64,000 bases of DNA. Source: Bacillota bacterium. Its GTDB lineage: Bacteria > Bacillota > DTU025. Numbering within the stretch: the stretch's first letter is position 1; every line of letters begins with the position of its first letter. Below are positions 36,551 through 46,305 of the stretch, in pieces. Location: the NCBI GenBank assembly GCA_050951805.1, contig JBMNJT010000003.1:129163-193162 (forward strand), read 5' to 3'. A program made the translations under genes and the position numbers. The notes under the pieces are model-generated. The model did not search any database. It worked only from the letters and a program-made list of their open reading frames with translations, and was not told the DNA's origin.

Positions 36551-37240
36551 TCAGCCTAGCTTCTTCATGCTCTCCAGCATCTTCGGCACACCTGTAGTTG
36601 CTTTTTCCATGATGTGAGTTACTTCGCGCAACGATGAAAGAGCAACCTCCTTGGGATCTACCAGAAACACAGGAGCGTCAGAAGGAACGAACTGAACTAG
36701 TGCTGCGGCGGGGTAGACCACGAGGGAACTGCCTACTACGGCGAAAATGTCGGCGCTCTGGGCGATCTCCGCCGCTTCGGCCATTGCCGGCACAGGCTCC
36801 CCGAACCAGACCACGTGCGGCCTGAGTTGAGATCCTAGTTCGCATTTGTCTCCCCAGTCTAGTTCGGTGCCTTCTATGTCGTAGATCAGTGATGGGTCAG
36901 CTGTGGAACGCGATTTCTTCAGTTCGCCGTGGAGATGGAGCACCTTGGCGCTGCCTGCCCGCTCGTGGAGGTCGTCGATGTTCTGGGTGATTATATGTAC
37001 GTCGAAGTCCTCATCGGCTCTAGCAAGCGCCAAATGGGCAGCGTTTGGCTTTGTGCGGTAGAGCTCCCTTCTCCGCTGGTTGTAGAAGTCGAGGACCAGT
37101 TTGGGATCACGACGCCATCCCTCCGGGGTCGCTACATCCATGACGTCGTATTCATACCAGAGACCGTCTGAATCTCGGAAAGTCCTTATTCCGCTCTCAG
37201 CACTGATACCAGCGCCAGTCAGAACCACAAGCTTTTTCAT
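36551..37240 (-). CDS. cobB: NAD-dependent protein deacylase (sirtuin, CobB type)
   Basis: VLTGAGISAESGIRTFRD, TQNIDDLHERAG, HLHG, RPHVVWFGE, VGSSLVVYPAA. Confidence 0.93.
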   Translation of the reverse strand: MKKLVVLTGAGISAESGIRTFRDSDGLWYEYDVMDVATPEGWRRDPKLVLDFYNQRRRELYRTKPNAAHLALARADEDFDVHIITQNIDDLHERAGSAKVLHLHGELKKSRSTADPSLIYDIEGTELDWGDKCELGSQLRPHVVWFGEPVPAMAEAAEIAQSADIFAVVGSSLVVYPAAALVQFVPSDAPVFLVDPKEVALSSLREVTHIMEKATTGVPKMLESMKKLG

Positions 37241-37656
37241 GCGTCGAATATCATTCCCTTCCTCCAAGCCAAACACCGTGTTTATCTCAATGTCTGCCTT
37301 CCTGGGTGTGCCAACGAAGTGGCCCGGTGGCTGGCTCGAGTTTCCGTTGAAGGCTTCCACTACTTATTATACCAGTAGCCCCCAAGACGGGCAGATTGAG
37401 CGGCGTTGTCCCACACCACATGGTTGGTGATCTTCCCAGAGGTCGTGCTGAGGCGTAGACTATGGATTGGCCCGTTTGCCTGATTGGACTGGGGCTATCG
37501 CCTGGCCGAAATGACGAGACACCGCTACCTATAGGCAGTATCTGCTTCAAGCCGGTTCACGTATATCTTGCACGCAGCAACCCAAGCTCGACCGCCCTCC
37601 ACCCCTACTTGGGCCACCAACTGCAAACAGGGATAGCGCATACGCGCCGGAACGCT

Positions 37657-37684
37657 GAAGGTATACACATCCCCCATGACGAAT
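37657..37684 (+). promoter_or_regulatory. Possible sigmaH-like promoter for csrA
   Basis: GAAGGT-N18-GAAT about 40 nt upstream of the csrA ATG. Confidence 0.45.
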
Positions 37685-37725
37685 GCTACCTGAAACCGAG
37701 ATCCACCGGAGGGATGATAAAGGTT

Positions 37726-37959
37726 ATGCTCGTTCTTACACGGAAGGCCAAGCAGAGCATTATGATAGGTGATGGCATCGAGATCACCGTCGTCGAAATC
37801 AAGGGCGATGCGGTGAAGTTAGCCATCGACGCCCCGCGTGACGTTCCCGTCCATCGCCGCGAGGTCTACGAGGAGATCCAGCGCGAGAACAGGGAGGCTT
37901 CTTCTGCGTCGGTGGAGGATGTAAGCGCCATCGACAAGCTTCTGGGAGGGAGGCCATAA
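37726..37959 (+). CDS. csrA: Carbon storage regulator CsrA
   Basis: [55 protein letters not shown], with the C-terminal extension typical of FliW-partnered CsrA. Confidence 0.97.
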   Translation: MLVLTRKAKQSIMIGDGIEITVVEIKGDAVKLAIDAPRDVPVHRREVYEEIQRENREASSASVEDVSAIDKLLGGRP

Positions 37960-38002
37960 CCCTCACTTTTCTCACCGGGATTCAAATAGTACACTTGAAC
38001 CA

Positions 38003-38029
38003 TAAACTCCTTGCTGCATATGCCGATAA
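38003..38029 (+). promoter_or_regulatory. sigma28 promoter for flaG-fliD-fliS
   Basis: TAAA (38003-06), N15, GCCGATAA (38022-29). Confidence 0.88.
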
Positions 38030-38146
38030 CAATACCAGAGCCTGTTCTCTTGGCTCTCTGGTTTTGTGTGGTTTGCGGCTTTCGCATTTGTTGTGGCGCT
38101 GGGCATGGAAGCTAGGCCCTACAGATAGAGCATGGAGGTGTTGTCT

Positions 38147-38455
38147 ATGCGCCCAGACAGGATATCAGGAGTATCTTCCATTGATACGCAAGTCTCGAAA
38201 ACCGTGTGGAACTGGCAAACGCCCAGAAGACAACAGGATGATGTGAGGGCTCAGGTGCGACGGGCAAACAAGGCGCTTGAGGCCCTCGAAGTCCAGGCGA
38301 AGTTCTCGGTTCACGAGGGCACCGGGCAGATCGTGGTCAAGCTTGAGGATACGGAAACAGGGGAGATTCTGAGGGAGATTCCCCCAGAAAAAATGCTCGA
38401 CCTTGTCGCCCAAATGACCGAGATGGCTCGTGGGATAATCAACGAAAAACCTTGA
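38147..38455 (+). CDS. flaG: Flagellar protein FlaG
   Basis: KFSVHEGTGQIVVKLED.ETGEILREIPPEKMLDL. Confidence 0.93.
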   Translation: MRPDRISGVSSIDTQVSKTVWNWQTPRRQQDDVRAQVRRANKALEALEVQAKFSVHEGTGQIVVKLEDTETGEILREIPPEKMLDLVAQMTEMARGIINEKP

Positions 38456-38466
38456 ATTGGAGGTGA

Positions 38467-40581
38467 ATGACGGTGGCAGGAGATTTTCGCGTTTCCGGCC
38501 TGGCGTCGGGCTATGATACCGCCCAACTCATAGAGCAATTGATAGCGCTTGAACGCAAGCCTGTGCTTCAGATGCAGAAGAGACAGGATCAGATAAAGGT
38601 AAGGTCAGATGCTTGGCGCGACATAACTACTCGTCTTTCAAACCTCAAATCGAAGGCCTCTTCATTGAAACTTGAAGCTACGATAAATGCAAAGTCCGCG
38701 TCGTCGTCCAACGACAAGCTGGTCACGGCAACTGCAAGTCCGGGTGCTGCCAATGCTGTCTACAAGATATGGGTGGATCAGCTTGCCACTTCCACTAAGG
38801 TGGCCTCGGGTGGGCAGGTCGGTCGGGAGCTTGACCTGAAAGTCAAGTTATCGGAGGCGGGTTTTGCCACGATGCCAACTGTTGGGACGTTTACCGTCAA
38901 TGGCGTGGCTATCCGCATCGATACCGACACTGTGATGAGCGATGGGGTTGACGACGCTGGCTCAAATTCGATCCTTGGAAAGATCAATTCCTCGGGCACA
39001 GGCGTTACGGCCTCGGTCGAGGACAATAGGCTTGTCCTTCGTGCCCAGCCCGGGTCTGGACCGATTCGGCTGGGAAGCGGCGGCGATACCAGCAATTTCC
39101 TTACGGCGGCCAAGGTCCTTGGTGTCCCCGCCGGCGAGACTGTATCGAGTTATGGTGTGCTGGGCGTGGCCAAGACTACGGTGGCGTTGAACAAGGCGAG
39201 GCTGGCAACTGGAATTGCCCATTCGGTCACAGGCGGTGTTGTGGAGGGCGAGACCGAGGGCAAGCTTGCGACGGCGCTGGATGAGGGAACGACTGTCGTG
39301 TTCACCTATCGAGGTCAGGAATACACTACTGGCGCCCTATCCGGAGGCGACGACATGGAGCTGATCGCGGCGGAGCTTGAGGCGAAGATGAACGAGGCGG
39401 CAGGGCTTGAGCCGGGCACGATCAGGGTCCGCGTTTCAGGGCTCGAGGGGAAGAGGAATGACAGGTTCGTCATCACCGACACCCAAACGCCTGAATTGGG
39501 TGATGGGGCGGATGGTGTTGCCGACAACTCCATTATTGTGAATGAAGCTTCGTCTGCTCTCCGTCTTACGATATCCGAGGGCGCGACGACCAAGGGAATG
39601 TTCAAGCTGAACGGGGTTGCTATAGAGTACGATGCCAACCGCGATGCTATAAACGACATCATAAACCGGATTAACGCATCGACTGCGGGTGTAACCGCCA
39701 CGTACGATGTCCTTTCTGACAGTCTCGTTCTCGCCTCAAAGGAGACGGGAGGTCTTACGATCACCATGGATGATGTGGGAGGCAACTTCCTCTCTGCTGT
39801 GGGCCTTGCCGGCGCAGAGCAGGAATACGGGAAGAACGCCCTCTTCCGCGTAGATGGGGTGCAGGATGGTGCTCAGCTTTCATCTGCGTCTAACACGGTC
39901 TCCGGGATTCTGACTAATGTCACTTTGACCCTCAAGGATGTGGGCGAGGATCCGGTCACTGTAACAGTCTCCCAAGACGCTGATTCTGCTGCCAAGGCGA
40001 TACGTGGATTCGTGGATCAGTACAACTCCACTATGGACCTCCTGTCGAGCTTGACTGCGTACGACAAGGAGAGCAAGACGGCCGGAGCTCTGCAGGGCAA
40101 TTCGGCGGTGCGCGGGATTCAGACATCTCTCCGCCGTCTCACAATGGCCTCTGTGGAAGGGCAGCCCAAGGGTTTCAATTCGCTTCTGGCGGTAGGCATA
40201 TCCACGGGCGCTCCGGGGAGGAAGGTTGGCTCCAGCACCGGTACGCTCACCATCGATGAGGCGAAGCTGAAGGAAGCCCTAACAAGCGACCCACAATCTG
40301 TCCTCAGGCTCTTCAACGAGGCGGAGCAGGGTATAGCGGTTCAGTATGAAAAGTACATTGACGAACTTGTGAAGAGCACATCGGGGCTGATATCTCAGAC
40401 TCAAAAGGTTTTGAAGGAACAGACAAAAGACATAGATCGCCGGATAGAAGAGATGGAGGCTCGCCTCGAAAAACGAAAAGAATCGTTGATCAGACAGTAT
40501 ACTCAAATGGAAAAGGCGCTTGCGGCCATGTACCAGCAGCAGATGTGGATGGACGCGCAGTTTAAGTCGATGGGAGTATGA
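38467..40581 (+). CDS. fliD: Filament cap protein FliD
   Basis: SGLASGYDTAQLIEQLIALER, VDQLAT, FVDQYN and C-terminal QYTQMEKAL. Contains internal Flagellin_IN-type repeats. Confidence 0.95.
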   Translation: MTVAGDFRVSGLASGYDTAQLIEQLIALERKPVLQMQKRQDQIKVRSDAWRDITTRLSNLKSKASSLKLEATINAKSASSSNDKLVTATASPGAANAVYKIWVDQLATSTKVASGGQVGRELDLKVKLSEAGFATMPTVGTFTVNGVAIRIDTDTVMSDGVDDAGSNSILGKINSSGTGVTASVEDNRLVLRAQPGSGPIRLGSGGDTSNFLTAAKVLGVPAGETVSSYGVLGVAKTTVALNKARLATGIAHSVTGGVVEGETEGKLATALDEGTTVVFTYRGQEYTTGALSGGDDMELIAAELEAKMNEAAGLEPGTIRVRVSGLEGKRNDRFVITDTQTPELGDGADGVADNSIIVNEASSALRLTISEGATTKGMFKLNGVAIEYDANRDAINDIINRINASTAGVTATYDVLSDSLVLASKETGGLTITMDDVGGNFLSAVGLAGAEQEYGKNALFRVDGVQDGAQLSSASNTVSGILTNVTLTLKDVGEDPVTVTVSQDADSAAKAIRGFVDQYNSTMDLLSSLTAYDKESKTAGALQGNSAVRGIQTSLRRLTMASVEGQPKGFNSLLAVGISTGAPGRKVGSSTGTLTIDEAKLKEALTSDPQSVLRLFNEAEQGIAVQYEKYIDELVKSTSGLISQTQKVLKEQTKDIDRRIEEMEARLEKRKESLIRQYTQMEKALAAMYQQQMWMDAQFKSMGV

Positions 40582-40619
40582 TGGAATGCAGGGCGGCCAA
40601 TGGAAGGGATGGCGGTTCG

Positions 40620-41048
40620 ATGATGACCAGTGCCTATAACAGATATATGGAAGTCCAGGTTCAGACGGCGCCACCTGAAAACCTCGTCCTCATGCTATAT
40701 GATGGTGCCATAAGGTTCGCAACTCAGGCCAAGACCGATTTTGCTGAGGGGAATAGGGAGGCTGCCCACAATAACCTCACTCGGGCCCAGGACATAATGG
40801 GCGAGCTCATGGGCTCACTCAATATGGAGATCGGCGAAGTAGCTGGGAACCTTTTTAGCATTTACGAGTACATGCAGCACCGACTGATTGAGGCCAACAT
40901 AAGACAGTCTGTTGAGTGCATAGATGAGGTCCTCAAGATGCTTGGTGAACTCCGCCAGACGTGGGCGGACGCAATCAGGCAGTACCGGGGACAATCTGCC
41001 GTAAGCGCAGATTCTGTGGGTGGAGGCGAACGGGGGGAGGTAGGCTGA
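40620..41048 (+). CDS. fliS: Flagellin chaperone FliS
   Basis: QVQTAPPENLVLMLYDGAIRF...AQDIM.EL..SLN...NLFSIYEYM..RL.EAN. Confidence 0.96.
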   Translation: MMTSAYNRYMEVQVQTAPPENLVLMLYDGAIRFATQAKTDFAEGNREAAHNNLTRAQDIMGELMGSLNMEIGEVAGNLFSIYEYMQHRLIEANIRQSVECIDEVLKMLGELRQTWADAIRQYRGQSAVSADSVGGGERGEVG

Positions 41049-41545
41049 TGGCGCATGAACTCCTTTCTGATATCGCTTCATTAGAGGAACGTATACATTC
41101 ATGCCGCGACGAGCAGCTCACTCTCTACAAGCGACTGCTTGAGCTTTCCGATGCCCAGCGCGGGGCTATTGCCAGAGGTGACACTGATGCTCTTCTCTGG
41201 GCGACTGAGGAGAAAGGGAGGCTGATCGAGAGGATCGATGCGATAGACATCAGGCTGGCGGGCCTAATCGATGATGCCTCGATCCTTGCCGGAAAAGAGG
41301 GCCTATCACATCTTTGCCCATACAAGGAGCCGGGCATAGATTCTGCCTGTCCGCTCAACGTGGAGATAGCCCAGATCATCAAGACGATCCTAAAAACAGA
41401 TAGGGAGAACCAGGCCCTTCTCGAGGAGGCGATCGGAGCGGCCGGCGATGAGATAAAGCAACTCGATTCAGGCGGCAAAGCGGTCAAAGCCTACTGGAGA
41501 CGTTCTCCCGAATCTCCTGCCGGCAATGTCGACGATGCCTTCTGA
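41048..41545 (+). CDS. FliT/FlgN-like export chaperone
   Basis: Helical protein coupled to fliS (TGATG overlap), with the LLELS..Q..AI..GD...L....EK..LI..ID pattern. Confidence 0.65.
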   Translation: MAHELLSDIASLEERIHSCRDEQLTLYKRLLELSDAQRGAIARGDTDALLWATEEKGRLIERIDAIDIRLAGLIDDASILAGKEGLSHLCPYKEPGIDSACPLNVEIAQIIKTILKTDRENQALLEEAIGAAGDEIKQLDSGGKAVKAYWRRSPESPAGNVDDAF

Positions 41546-41679
41546 GTCTTCCCCTATAGGCTGTAGACTTTCTGGCCCTTTTTCACACACTCTCATATGC
41601 ATTCCTTGATGCCACGCTGTTTTTGCTGAAATAAGAAGGATATATGCAACTATCTGAAGAAATGTAATAGGGTTATAGG

Positions 41680-43377
41680 TTGATCCATTATGTGGAACAG
41701 CAATTCGGATCTCTTCAGATAGGGGACAATGTTGTGGAAACGGGTATGAGGGACGATGTGAAGGCGCCTGCCAGGCGCGTACTTATTGTTGATGATGAGA
41801 CAAATATGCAGGTAGTTCTCTCGGCTGCTTTCGAAGATGCGGGTTTTGCGACAGGCACGGCATCGACTGGGGAGGAGGCTATTCGTGCCCTAACTCAGAC
41901 AGATTATGACCTCATGTTGCTCGATCTCAAGCTACCTGATATGACGGGAATCGACGTGTTCAGGCACGCGCGGGAGGCGAGCCCGGGTACAATCGTGATA
42001 ATGATAACCGCCTATTCTTCAGTGGAGACTGCGATAGAGGCTATGAAGATGGGCGCTTATGATTACATAACCAAGCCATTCAATTTGGAAAAACTCCTCA
42101 TGATCGCGGGAAACGCCATTGATGCAAGGCGATGTGCAAGAATAGACTCGGGCTCTTCGGCTGGCCTACTGCCGTCTACACGTTTGGTGCGTGGTGGCCT
42201 AGAACGGAACGCGATGCGCGGGGACACCGCAAAGGCCGGTAGTGCAGTGGCTTTTCACGGAGGCAAGGCTGCAGGGACCCTCAGCCAAGCCGACTGGGCT
42301 CTCTCAGGCATCGAACTTGTAGCCGAAGACGAGGACTTCGACGGGGTTGTGGGCGTTACGCCGCAGATGAGGCAGTTGATGGAGATGTCGCGGGATATAG
42401 CACCCACCAATGCCACCGTTCTTATATACGGCGAAAGTGGAACAGGGAAAGAGCTTGTTGCGGATTACATTCACAAGAAGAGCCTCAGGGCGGGCAGACC
42501 CTTCATAAAGGTGAACTGCGCCGCAATTCCCGAACCCCTCCTCGAATCGGAGCTTTTCGGGCATGAGAAGGGTGCTTTTACCCATGCAATCTCCAGACGG
42601 CTTGGCAGGTTTGAGCTTGCCGACAAGGGTTCCATATTACTCGATGAAGTCGGCGAGATGTCCAATGCTATGCAGGCCAAGCTCCTCAGGGTCCTCCAGG
42701 AGAAGGAGTTCGAGCGAGTCGGGGGCACGGAGACGATAAAGGTAGATGTGAGGGTGATTGCAGCTACCAATCAGAACCTTAAAGAGGCGGTGCTGAGGGG
42801 CGATTTTCGTGAAGATCTTTACTATCGATTGTCGGTTGTGCCTCTTTTTCTTCCCCCTCTGCGAGATCGGAAGCGTGATATTCCACTGCTGTGCGCGAGG
42901 TTTATCGACAAATACAACAAGGAGTTCGGCAGGGAGGTCTCGGGTGTTTCCCCTAAGGTGCTGGAGATGTTTGCCGAATATGATTGGCCGGGGAATATTC
43001 GCGAGCTGCAGAACGCGATGGAACGGGCGGTTCTTCTTTCAAGAAGTGATGTGTTGACGCCTGATGATTTTCACCTTGGGATGGACCCGGCTGAAATCAT
43101 ATCCCTGGGGACGGGGGTCACCTGCCGCAGTTGCGCCAACTCGAGGCTGGCCGGGGGAAACTGGGATGGCAGTGGGGCGGATATGGTGTCCGATGGTGCA
43201 GACGGCTACATCGAGATTTTGGATGAAAACGGGAGTCCGCTGTCTTTGGAGGAGATGGAGAAGCGACACATCAAGGCGGTTTTGGATCAGTTCAACTGGA
43301 ATAAGACTCAGGCAGCCCAAGCCCTCAATATTACCAGGCGGACTCTGCTCAACAAGATAAACAAGTATGACCTGTAG
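41680..43377 (+). CDS. sigma54-dependent NtrC/AtoC-family response regulator
   Basis: REC (LIVDDE, LLDLKLP, ITKP), AAA+ (GESGTGKE, ESELFGHEKGAFTHA, LLDEVGEM, WPGNIRELQN) and a Fis-type HTH. The start may be 41734 or 41746. Confidence 0.95.
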   Translation: MIHYVEQQFGSLQIGDNVVETGMRDDVKAPARRVLIVDDETNMQVVLSAAFEDAGFATGTASTGEEAIRALTQTDYDLMLLDLKLPDMTGIDVFRHAREASPGTIVIMITAYSSVETAIEAMKMGAYDYITKPFNLEKLLMIAGNAIDARRCARIDSGSSAGLLPSTRLVRGGLERNAMRGDTAKAGSAVAFHGGKAAGTLSQADWALSGIELVAEDEDFDGVVGVTPQMRQLMEMSRDIAPTNATVLIYGESGTGKELVADYIHKKSLRAGRPFIKVNCAAIPEPLLESELFGHEKGAFTHAISRRLGRFELADKGSILLDEVGEMSNAMQAKLLRVLQEKEFERVGGTETIKVDVRVIAATNQNLKEAVLRGDFREDLYYRLSVVPLFLPPLRDRKRDIPLLCARFIDKYNKEFGREVSGVSPKVLEMFAEYDWPGNIRELQNAMERAVLLSRSDVLTPDDFHLGMDPAEIISLGTGVTCRSCANSRLAGGNWDGSGADMVSDGADGYIEILDENGSPLSLEEMEKRHIKAVLDQFNWNKTQAAQALNITRRTLLNKINKYDL

Positions 43378-43456
43378 CCTCTCGAGCAGGCGCGTCGGAC
43401 ACAGTCACTGCTGTCTAGCGTCGATGAGAGGTATTTTTAATGAGGGTGTGACAGCC

Positions 43457-45268
43457 ATGGGAAGCGCACACGCTAGACTATGGGTGCCTGGAGCGATGTT
43501 CGCCGCTCTTTTGGCGGCCAGATTTGTTTATGGCTGGATTGTTCCGACTGCCGGGGTTTGGTGGGTGGCGGCAATCGATGCCAGCCTCGTGTTCTGCTCA
43601 GCATTTATCGCGGCTTACTACGCAAGGGCTCTCAAGTCTCAATTGGATGCGGTGGAGGCCGTTTCAGATCGCGCGGGTCGCCTCGAGCTTGTGGCGAGGG
43701 AACTCGTGGATAATGAGGCTGTAATGAGGGAGGATCTCGTCCGTGGCCAGCGTGAGCTGAATGAGAGGATTCTCAGGCTATCGAGCCTTCTCGATGCAAC
43801 AAGGGAGCTTGTGGGCGCAAGGAATCTGGAGGATGCTCTCCAGCATGTGGCCGATATGACGTGTAAGGTAATGGGTGCAGACAAGGCGACGATAAGTGTG
43901 ACTATGGCAGATGAAGCCCTTACGGTCGTATCCACGGGCACAAACTGCAGCGATTCCCTTCTCTTTCGCTCTTCTTCTGAGATTGTCCTGTTTGGCGATG
44001 CAGCAGGCGAACTGGTAGTGGAGTTCGCCAACATCAGTCCGGGCAATGCCGACGCAGGCAGCTTCTTGTCTATCATATCTGCTTTTGCTAGTGCAGCGAT
44101 TGAAAATGCTATGCTTTATCGGAATCTGACTGAGGCCAATGAGAAACTCGAGGTCTCGCGAAGATATGCGGAGAGACTGATTGAGGAGGCCCCTTTAGGC
44201 ATGGTGGTGATAGATGGTGAATGCCGCGTGCTTACTTGGAATAGGGCGTTGGCCGAGATTACTAATGTCTGTCGGGGGGCCGCCACAGGGAAGGACCTTC
44301 ACGATATCATCACGGGATCCGGCAGTGAGCGACTATTCGCCCTGATTGACAAGGCATCTGCAGAGGGGGATTCCACTGTTGCGGAGAACATTGCCCTCCA
44401 TATTGAACATGGGGACGATCACATTTTCCGGATTATTGTCTCCCCAGTCGAACGTCTTCTCGGCGACAACCCCGGTTTTATAATCATGGCCGAGGATGTG
44501 ACGGAAAAGGTTCGCCTCGGAGAGCAGCTTAAGCAGGCGGAGAGATTGAAGACTTTGGGCGAGTTTGCCGCAGGGGTAGTGCACGAGATAAACAACCCTA
44601 TAGGCATAATCTGTGCGTGTGCTGAGGTGATGGAGAAGAAGCTCTCCCGCCACGGGCCCAAGATGGCTGAGTGTGTAAAGACTGCCCAGATTATACAGGA
44701 TGAGGCTATAAGGTGTTCTTCCATAGTCAAGAACCTCCTCGGCTTTGCCAGACAGGGCGAGATTAACCCTGAAGAGGTAGACGTCGAAGAGGTACTTAGG
44801 CAGGTTGTCGAGTTCATCAAGGGCTATGCGGCTGCTTCCAATGTAGAGATGGATTTGAAAGTAAGCGGGGATATCCCGCTGATAATCGGTGATGTGCTCC
44901 AGCTTGAGCAGGTCTTTCTTAATCTGTCCATAAACGCCATAGAGGCGATGGCAGGTGGTGGCCGGTTGGAGGTGTCTGCCTGCTGCGCGGGGGATGAGGT
45001 AAGGATCTCCTTTTCTGATTCAGGACCGGGAATTGAGGGCGTAGCTGCCCAGAAACTGTTCAATCCTTTTTTCACTACGAAGTCGACTGGCACAGGTCTG
45101 GGATTGTCGGTGAGCCTTGGTATCGTGGAGCGCCACGGGGGCAGGATCGAAGTGGGAGATTCTGATGCTGGCGGCGCGTGTTTCACTGTGGTCCTCCCCC
45201 TCACTATAGATGCTTGGGAGGACCATTTGCCCCGGAGCATAGGGAAACACTTGCATGCAGGTGAGTAA
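43457..45268 (+). CDS. Membrane sensor histidine kinase (GAF-like + PAS, NtrB-like)
   Basis: Two N-terminal hydrophobic helices, H-box VVHEINNPIG, QVFLNLSINA, DSGPGI, FNPFFTTK, GTGLGL. Confidence 0.93.
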   Translation: MGSAHARLWVPGAMFAALLAARFVYGWIVPTAGVWWVAAIDASLVFCSAFIAAYYARALKSQLDAVEAVSDRAGRLELVARELVDNEAVMREDLVRGQRELNERILRLSSLLDATRELVGARNLEDALQHVADMTCKVMGADKATISVTMADEALTVVSTGTNCSDSLLFRSSSEIVLFGDAAGELVVEFANISPGNADAGSFLSIISAFASAAIENAMLYRNLTEANEKLEVSRRYAERLIEEAPLGMVVIDGECRVLTWNRALAEITNVCRGAATGKDLHDIITGSGSERLFALIDKASAEGDSTVAENIALHIEHGDDHIFRIIVSPVERLLGDNPGFIIMAEDVTEKVRLGEQLKQAERLKTLGEFAAGVVHEINNPIGIICACAEVMEKKLSRHGPKMAECVKTAQIIQDEAIRCSSIVKNLLGFARQGEINPEEVDVEEVLRQVVEFIKGYAAASNVEMDLKVSGDIPLIIGDVLQLEQVFLNLSINAIEAMAGGGRLEVSACCAGDEVRISFSDSGPGIEGVAAQKLFNPFFTTKSTGTGLGLSVSLGIVERHGGRIEVGDSDAGGACFTVVLPLTIDAWEDHLPRSIGKHLHAGE

Positions 45269-45280
45269 AAATTGCTCACC
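45260..45280. promoter_or_regulatory. Candidate enhancer (UAS) for the sigma54 activator
   Basis: Imperfect palindrome GGTGAGTAA-AAA-TTGCTCACC about 130-150 bp upstream of the -24 box. Confidence 0.4.
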
Positions 45281-45361
45281 TCAGAAAATGAGCGGGTCCC
45301 CGTTTGCGCTGGCGCCACTTTCGGCTTGAAACTGGATGAGGAACATATTGCCAGCTTACAT

Positions 45362-45399
45362 AGCCTTTCCACGTCCGTTTGCGGAAAGGCTCTTTTGTT
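45362..45399 (+). terminator. Intrinsic terminator after the kinase gene
   Basis: AGCCTTTCC...GGAAAGGCT followed by CTTTTGTT. Confidence 0.7.
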
Positions 45400-45408
45400 C
45401 TGTTTCGC

Positions 45409-45424
45409 TGGCATCATTATTGCA
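45409..45424 (+). promoter_or_regulatory. sigma54 (-24/-12) promoter for the flgB operon
   Basis: TGGCAT-CATTA-TTGCA with exact GG-N10-GC spacing, about 50 nt upstream of flgB. Confidence 0.85.
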
Positions 45425-45474
45425 TCTATATTTATTGGATTTCGTATTTCCTTTTCGAAAGGAGGCTTCGGTCC

Positions 45475-45912
45475 GTGGAATTCTTTGAAAGTCCGACTAT
45501 AAAAGTGCTCGGAGCGGCCCTGGATATCTCCTCCGCCAGGCACACGGCTATCTCGCGCAATGTGGCGAACGCCAACACCCCGGGATACAAGGCGGTCGAC
45601 ATGGATTTCAGCGAGACATTGAAGCGGTCCATGGCTGGCGCGGGCGCCCCTCGTTCTGTTGGGGTAAAGGCTACGCGGCCGGGGCACTTCGGATCTCGTT
45701 CTCATGCGGCGACTGGCGCGGCGGGGCTTTCGCCGGTGGCAGTGTCGTCTGATCCTGACGGGGTTTCCATGAGGGCGGATGGAAACAGTGTGGATATCGA
45801 TCTCGAGATGGCTAAGATGGCGGAGAATGTGATCTTGTACAACACTGTGTCGCACATTTTGGCCAGCAAGTTCGGGATGCTTAGGTATGTTATCAGCGAG
45901 GGGAGGCGGTAA
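45475..45912 (+). CDS. flgB: Basal-body rod protein FlgB
   Basis: RHTAISRNVANANTPGYKA and RADGNSVDIDLEMAKMAEN..LY. SD AAAGGAGG and GTG start. Confidence 0.96.
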   Translation: MEFFESPTIKVLGAALDISSARHTAISRNVANANTPGYKAVDMDFSETLKRSMAGAGAPRSVGVKATRPGHFGSRSHAATGAAGLSPVAVSSDPDGVSMRADGNSVDIDLEMAKMAENVILYNTVSHILASKFGMLRYVISEGRR

Positions 45913-45915
45913 TGA

Positions 45916-46305
45916 ATGGCGCTGATGTCGAGTTTCGGGGTGAGCGCGTCGGGAATGTCCGCTGAAAGGCTGCGTCTTGACGCTATTTCAAACAATCTTG
46001 CGAATATCAATACCACGCGCACGCCGGAGGGCGGGCCATATAGGCGGATCATGGTGATGCTAGAATCGTCTGCTGGCGGAGTCCGCGTGGCGGGAATAGA
46101 ACGGGACAGTTCGCCGCCGATGATGGTATATGATCCGGGCCATCCAGATGCCGGGGCCGATGGCTGTGTGGCCATGCCTAATGTCAATCCGGTGCTGGAG
46201 ATGGTGGACATGATTACGGCTACCCGGGCATACGAGGCGAATGTTGCTGCGTTCAATGCTGCCAAGTCTATGGCTGCGAAAGCGCTCGAGATAGGGAAGA
46301 TATAG
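45916..46305 (+). CDS. flgC: Basal-body rod protein FlgC
   Basis: SASGMSAERLRLDAISNNLANINTT, YDPGHPDA, MPNVN...EMVDMI.ATRAYEAN. Confidence 0.97.
   Translation: MALMSSFGVSASGMSAERLRLDAISNNLANINTTRTPEGGPYRRIMVMLESSAGGVRVAGIERDSSPPMMVYDPGHPDAGADGCVAMPNVNPVLEMVDMITATRAYEANVAAFNAAKSMAAKALEIGKI

Noticed and set aside
36551-37240. Sirtuin as a Thoeris/DSR-type NADase effector
   Set aside because: It is a stand-alone ~229-aa protein with canonical CobB deacylase motifs (GAGISAESG, RPHVVWFGE) and no fused sensor domain.
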